From assembly GCA_965221125.1 (NCBI GenBank), contig CBDCRW010000005.1, positions 224,001 through 288,000 of the forward strand: a stretch of DNA of 64,000 nucleotides, given 5' to 3'. The stretch is from Alphaproteobacteria bacterium. GTDB lineage: Bacteria > Pseudomonadota > Alphaproteobacteria > UBA828. The position numbers were made by a program, and so were the translations under genes. The notes under the pieces were generated by a model. It did no database searches, had not been told where the DNA came from, and saw nothing but the letters and a program-made list of their open reading frames with translations. Each line of letters opens with the position of its first letter. Position 1 is the stretch's first letter. This document shows positions 62,018-64,000 of this stretch, piece after piece.

Positions 62018-62791
62018 ATGGCGTACGAACACATTACCGTCGACCGGCGCGGCCGGGTCGGCCTGATCACGCTGAACCGGCCCAAGGCGCTCAACGCGCT
62101 GAACGGCGCGCTGATCGATGAGCTCAACGCCGTGCTCGACAGCTTCGAGGCGGAGGAAGAGATCGGCGCCGTCGTCCTCACCGGAAACGAGAAGGCCTTC
62201 GCGGCCGGCGCCGACATCACCGAGATGCGCTCGATGAGCTTCGTGGACGCGCACGACAGCGACTTCATCGCCAGCTGGAACCGGATCACCGCCTTCCGCA
62301 AGCCGGTCATCGCTGCGGTCGCGGGCTATGCGCTGGGCGGCGGCTGCGAGCTCGCCATGATGTGCGACATCGTGATCGCCGCCGACAACGCGCGGTTCGG
62401 CCAGCCGGAGATCAAGCTCGGCACCATCCCCGGCGCCGGCGGCACCCAGCGGCTCACGCGCGCGGTCGGCAAGTCGAAGGCGATGGAGATGATCCTGACC
62501 GGGCGGATGATGGACGCCGAGGAGGCCGAGCGCAGCGGGCTCGTGAGCCGCGTGGTGCCGGTCGCCGACGTCGTCGACGAGGCGATGGCCGTCGCCAAGC
62601 GGATCGCGCACTTCTCCGCCCCCACCGTGGCGCTCGCCAAGGCAAGCGTGAACCGCGCCTTCGAGACCACGCTGACCGAGGGCGTGCTGTACGAGCGCGC
62701 GGTCTTCTACGCGACCTTCGCCACCGAGGACAAGCGGGAGGGGATGGACGCCTTCATCGAGAAGCGCGAGCCGGCCTTCACCAATCGTTAG
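62018..62791 (+). CDS. Enoyl-CoA hydratase
   Basis: [27 protein letters not shown]. Confidence 0.92.
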   Translation: MAYEHITVDRRGRVGLITLNRPKALNALNGALIDELNAVLDSFEAEEEIGAVVLTGNEKAFAAGADITEMRSMSFVDAHDSDFIASWNRITAFRKPVIAAVAGYALGGGCELAMMCDIVIAADNARFGQPEIKLGTIPGAGGTQRLTRAVGKSKAMEMILTGRMMDAEEAERSGLVSRVVPVADVVDEAMAVAKRIAHFSAPTVALAKASVNRAFETTLTEGVLYERAVFYATFATEDKREGMDAFIEKREPAFTNR

Positions 62792-62813
62792 TCCGTATCA
62801 GCCGGTGGCGGCG

Positions 62814-62841
62814 TTGACCCTGCCGGAGCGCGTGGTATAAG
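62814..62841 (+). promoter_or_regulatory. Putative sigma70 promoter of rpsT
   Basis: TTGACC-N16-TATAAG with a TG extension, 30 nt upstream of rpsT. Confidence 0.5.
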
Positions 62842-62870
62842 GCCGCCCAACCAGAAGAGAGACCTCCGCC

Positions 62871-63140
62871 ATGGCCCATTCGCGCCAGGCCCGCAAGCGG
62901 GTTCGGCAGAACAAGCGCCGCGTCGCGATCAACCGCACGCGGCTTTCGCGCATCCGCACCTTCATCCGCCGCGTCGAGGAAGCGATCGAGAGCGGCGACA
63001 AGAGCCGGGCCGAGCAGGCGCTGCGCGAGGCCCAGCCGGAGATCATGCGGGGCGCGTCGAAGGCGCTCCTGCACCGGCGGACGGCATCGCGCCGGGTCTC
63101 CTCGCTCGCACGCCGCGTGGGCGCGCTGCCCGACGGCTGA
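62871..63140 (+). CDS. rpsT: 30S ribosomal protein S20
   Basis: [13 protein letters not shown]...IRTFIR...TASRRVS; position before dnaA. Confidence 0.93.
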   Translation: MAHSRQARKRVRQNKRRVAINRTRLSRIRTFIRRVEEAIESGDKSRAEQALREAQPEIMRGASKALLHRRTASRRVSSLARRVGALPDG

Positions 63141-63762
63141 GGGCGGGGCGCGGGCGCTCGGGCGCCGCGTCAGTTCAGCGCAGGTGCGCCGGGGCAGGGC
63201 CGCGCCGCACGCGGCCCGTCCGCCATTCCCCTCGACAACGATGGCCCGAGACGCCCTGCCGCGGGAGGGTGCTCACTCCCGGCGGGCTGCCTTTCAGCTT
63301 TCTCCATAACAATCTTGAGAGGTCGCGGGCGCCGATCGGAATCCCGGCGTGGCGCCAACCGATTGCAGTCCCGCGTTCACGCCGGCAGCCAAGAGAGTGG
63401 CGGAAGTCGGGGCGCCATAATTTTCGCCGGTTCCGCTTTCATACCTGTTGCCAGCGCCGACTCCGCACTTTAACCTGACCGTCACATTCCGCCGGAAGGA
63501 GCCGCCGGTGGAATGCAAACCGAAAACACAGCGTTCACGACGGCGAGGCAGGCAGTGCTTGCCCCGGAGAGAAGACCCCTCGCCGTGCCCGAGAACCGCG
63601 ACACAACACAAGAACATAAATGGGACCAAGCAGGGAGATAACAGGAACATTCGGCCCGACGCGGCCTGAGCGGTGCCGTCACGGTGCGCGCATGAGCGTT
63701 GCCCACAGTCGCCGGGCAGGCCCATGCGGCTCGCTCCGCCGGCCGCAGGCAAGGCGCCCGTG

Positions 63763-64000
63763 ATGGACTGCACGCCGGCGCCGGCCCGGGACGGGCAGGA
63801 CGCCTGGGAGAGGGTGCGTGCGCGCCTCCTCGCCGAGGTCGGTCAGGCCACCTTCGCGAGCTGGCTGGCGCCGCTCACCCTGGTCGGCGTCGACGGCGAC
63901 CAGGTCACGCTCGGCGTCGGCACGCGCTTCCTCCGCGACTGGGTCGTGTCGCGCTTCGCGCACCGCATCGCGGCGCTCTGGTCCGACGAGCGGCAGGGCA
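63763..64000 (+). CDS. dnaA: Chromosomal replication initiator DnaA, N-terminal part (runs off the window)
   Basis: AWERVRARL..EVG...F.SWL..L...TRFLRDWV; rpsT-dnaA synteny; in-frame alternative starts at 63724 and 63760. Confidence 0.87.
   Translation, partial: MDCTPAPARDGQDAWERVRARLLAEVGQATFASWLAPLTLVGVDGDQVTLGVGTRFLRDWVVSRFAHRIAALWSDERQG

Noticed and set aside
63141-63762. oriC next to dnaA
   Set aside because: No clear DnaA-box cluster seen, and oriC in many Alphaproteobacteria is not adjacent to dnaA

Overview
High-GC alphaproteobacterial (Rhodospirillales-like) chromosome segment. It ends in the conserved ubiB-ubiE-mutM-ech-rpsT-dnaA block and is rich in amine/amide catabolism and transport genes: a sarcosine oxidase/N-methylglutamate dehydrogenase-type operon, a urea/amide-type ABC system, a TPP-riboswitch thiXYZ-like transporter, glpDK and PHA genes. 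Two accessory regions stand out. (1) An ~12 kb zinc-starvation island (about 11.5-23.4 kb) carries its own zur, two Zur boxes, three COG0523 GTPases, back-up cysS/hisI/gamma-carbonic anhydrase genes and a ZnuA/AztC binding protein whose permease is reduced to a scar. It ends in an integrase fragment, followed by an orphan Mu gp27-like gene and a 10-bp-period repeat array. (2) An apparently intact 4621-bp TGT...ACA transposon (26417-31037) with a 5-bp GATGG target duplication splits a 2OG-Fe(II) oxygenase gene. It encodes a Cys/His protein, a Mu/TnsB-like DDE transposase, an ExeA/TnsC-like ATPase and a translationally coupled RepA/AAA_25 helicase-like ATPase, and it has a long structured non-coding segment in its left end. 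This is the best candidate for an undescribed system. Two families of CTAG/TA-bounded palindromic miniature repeats occur several times and overlap stop codons and -10-like hexamers. All calls come from reading motifs by eye; no searches were run.
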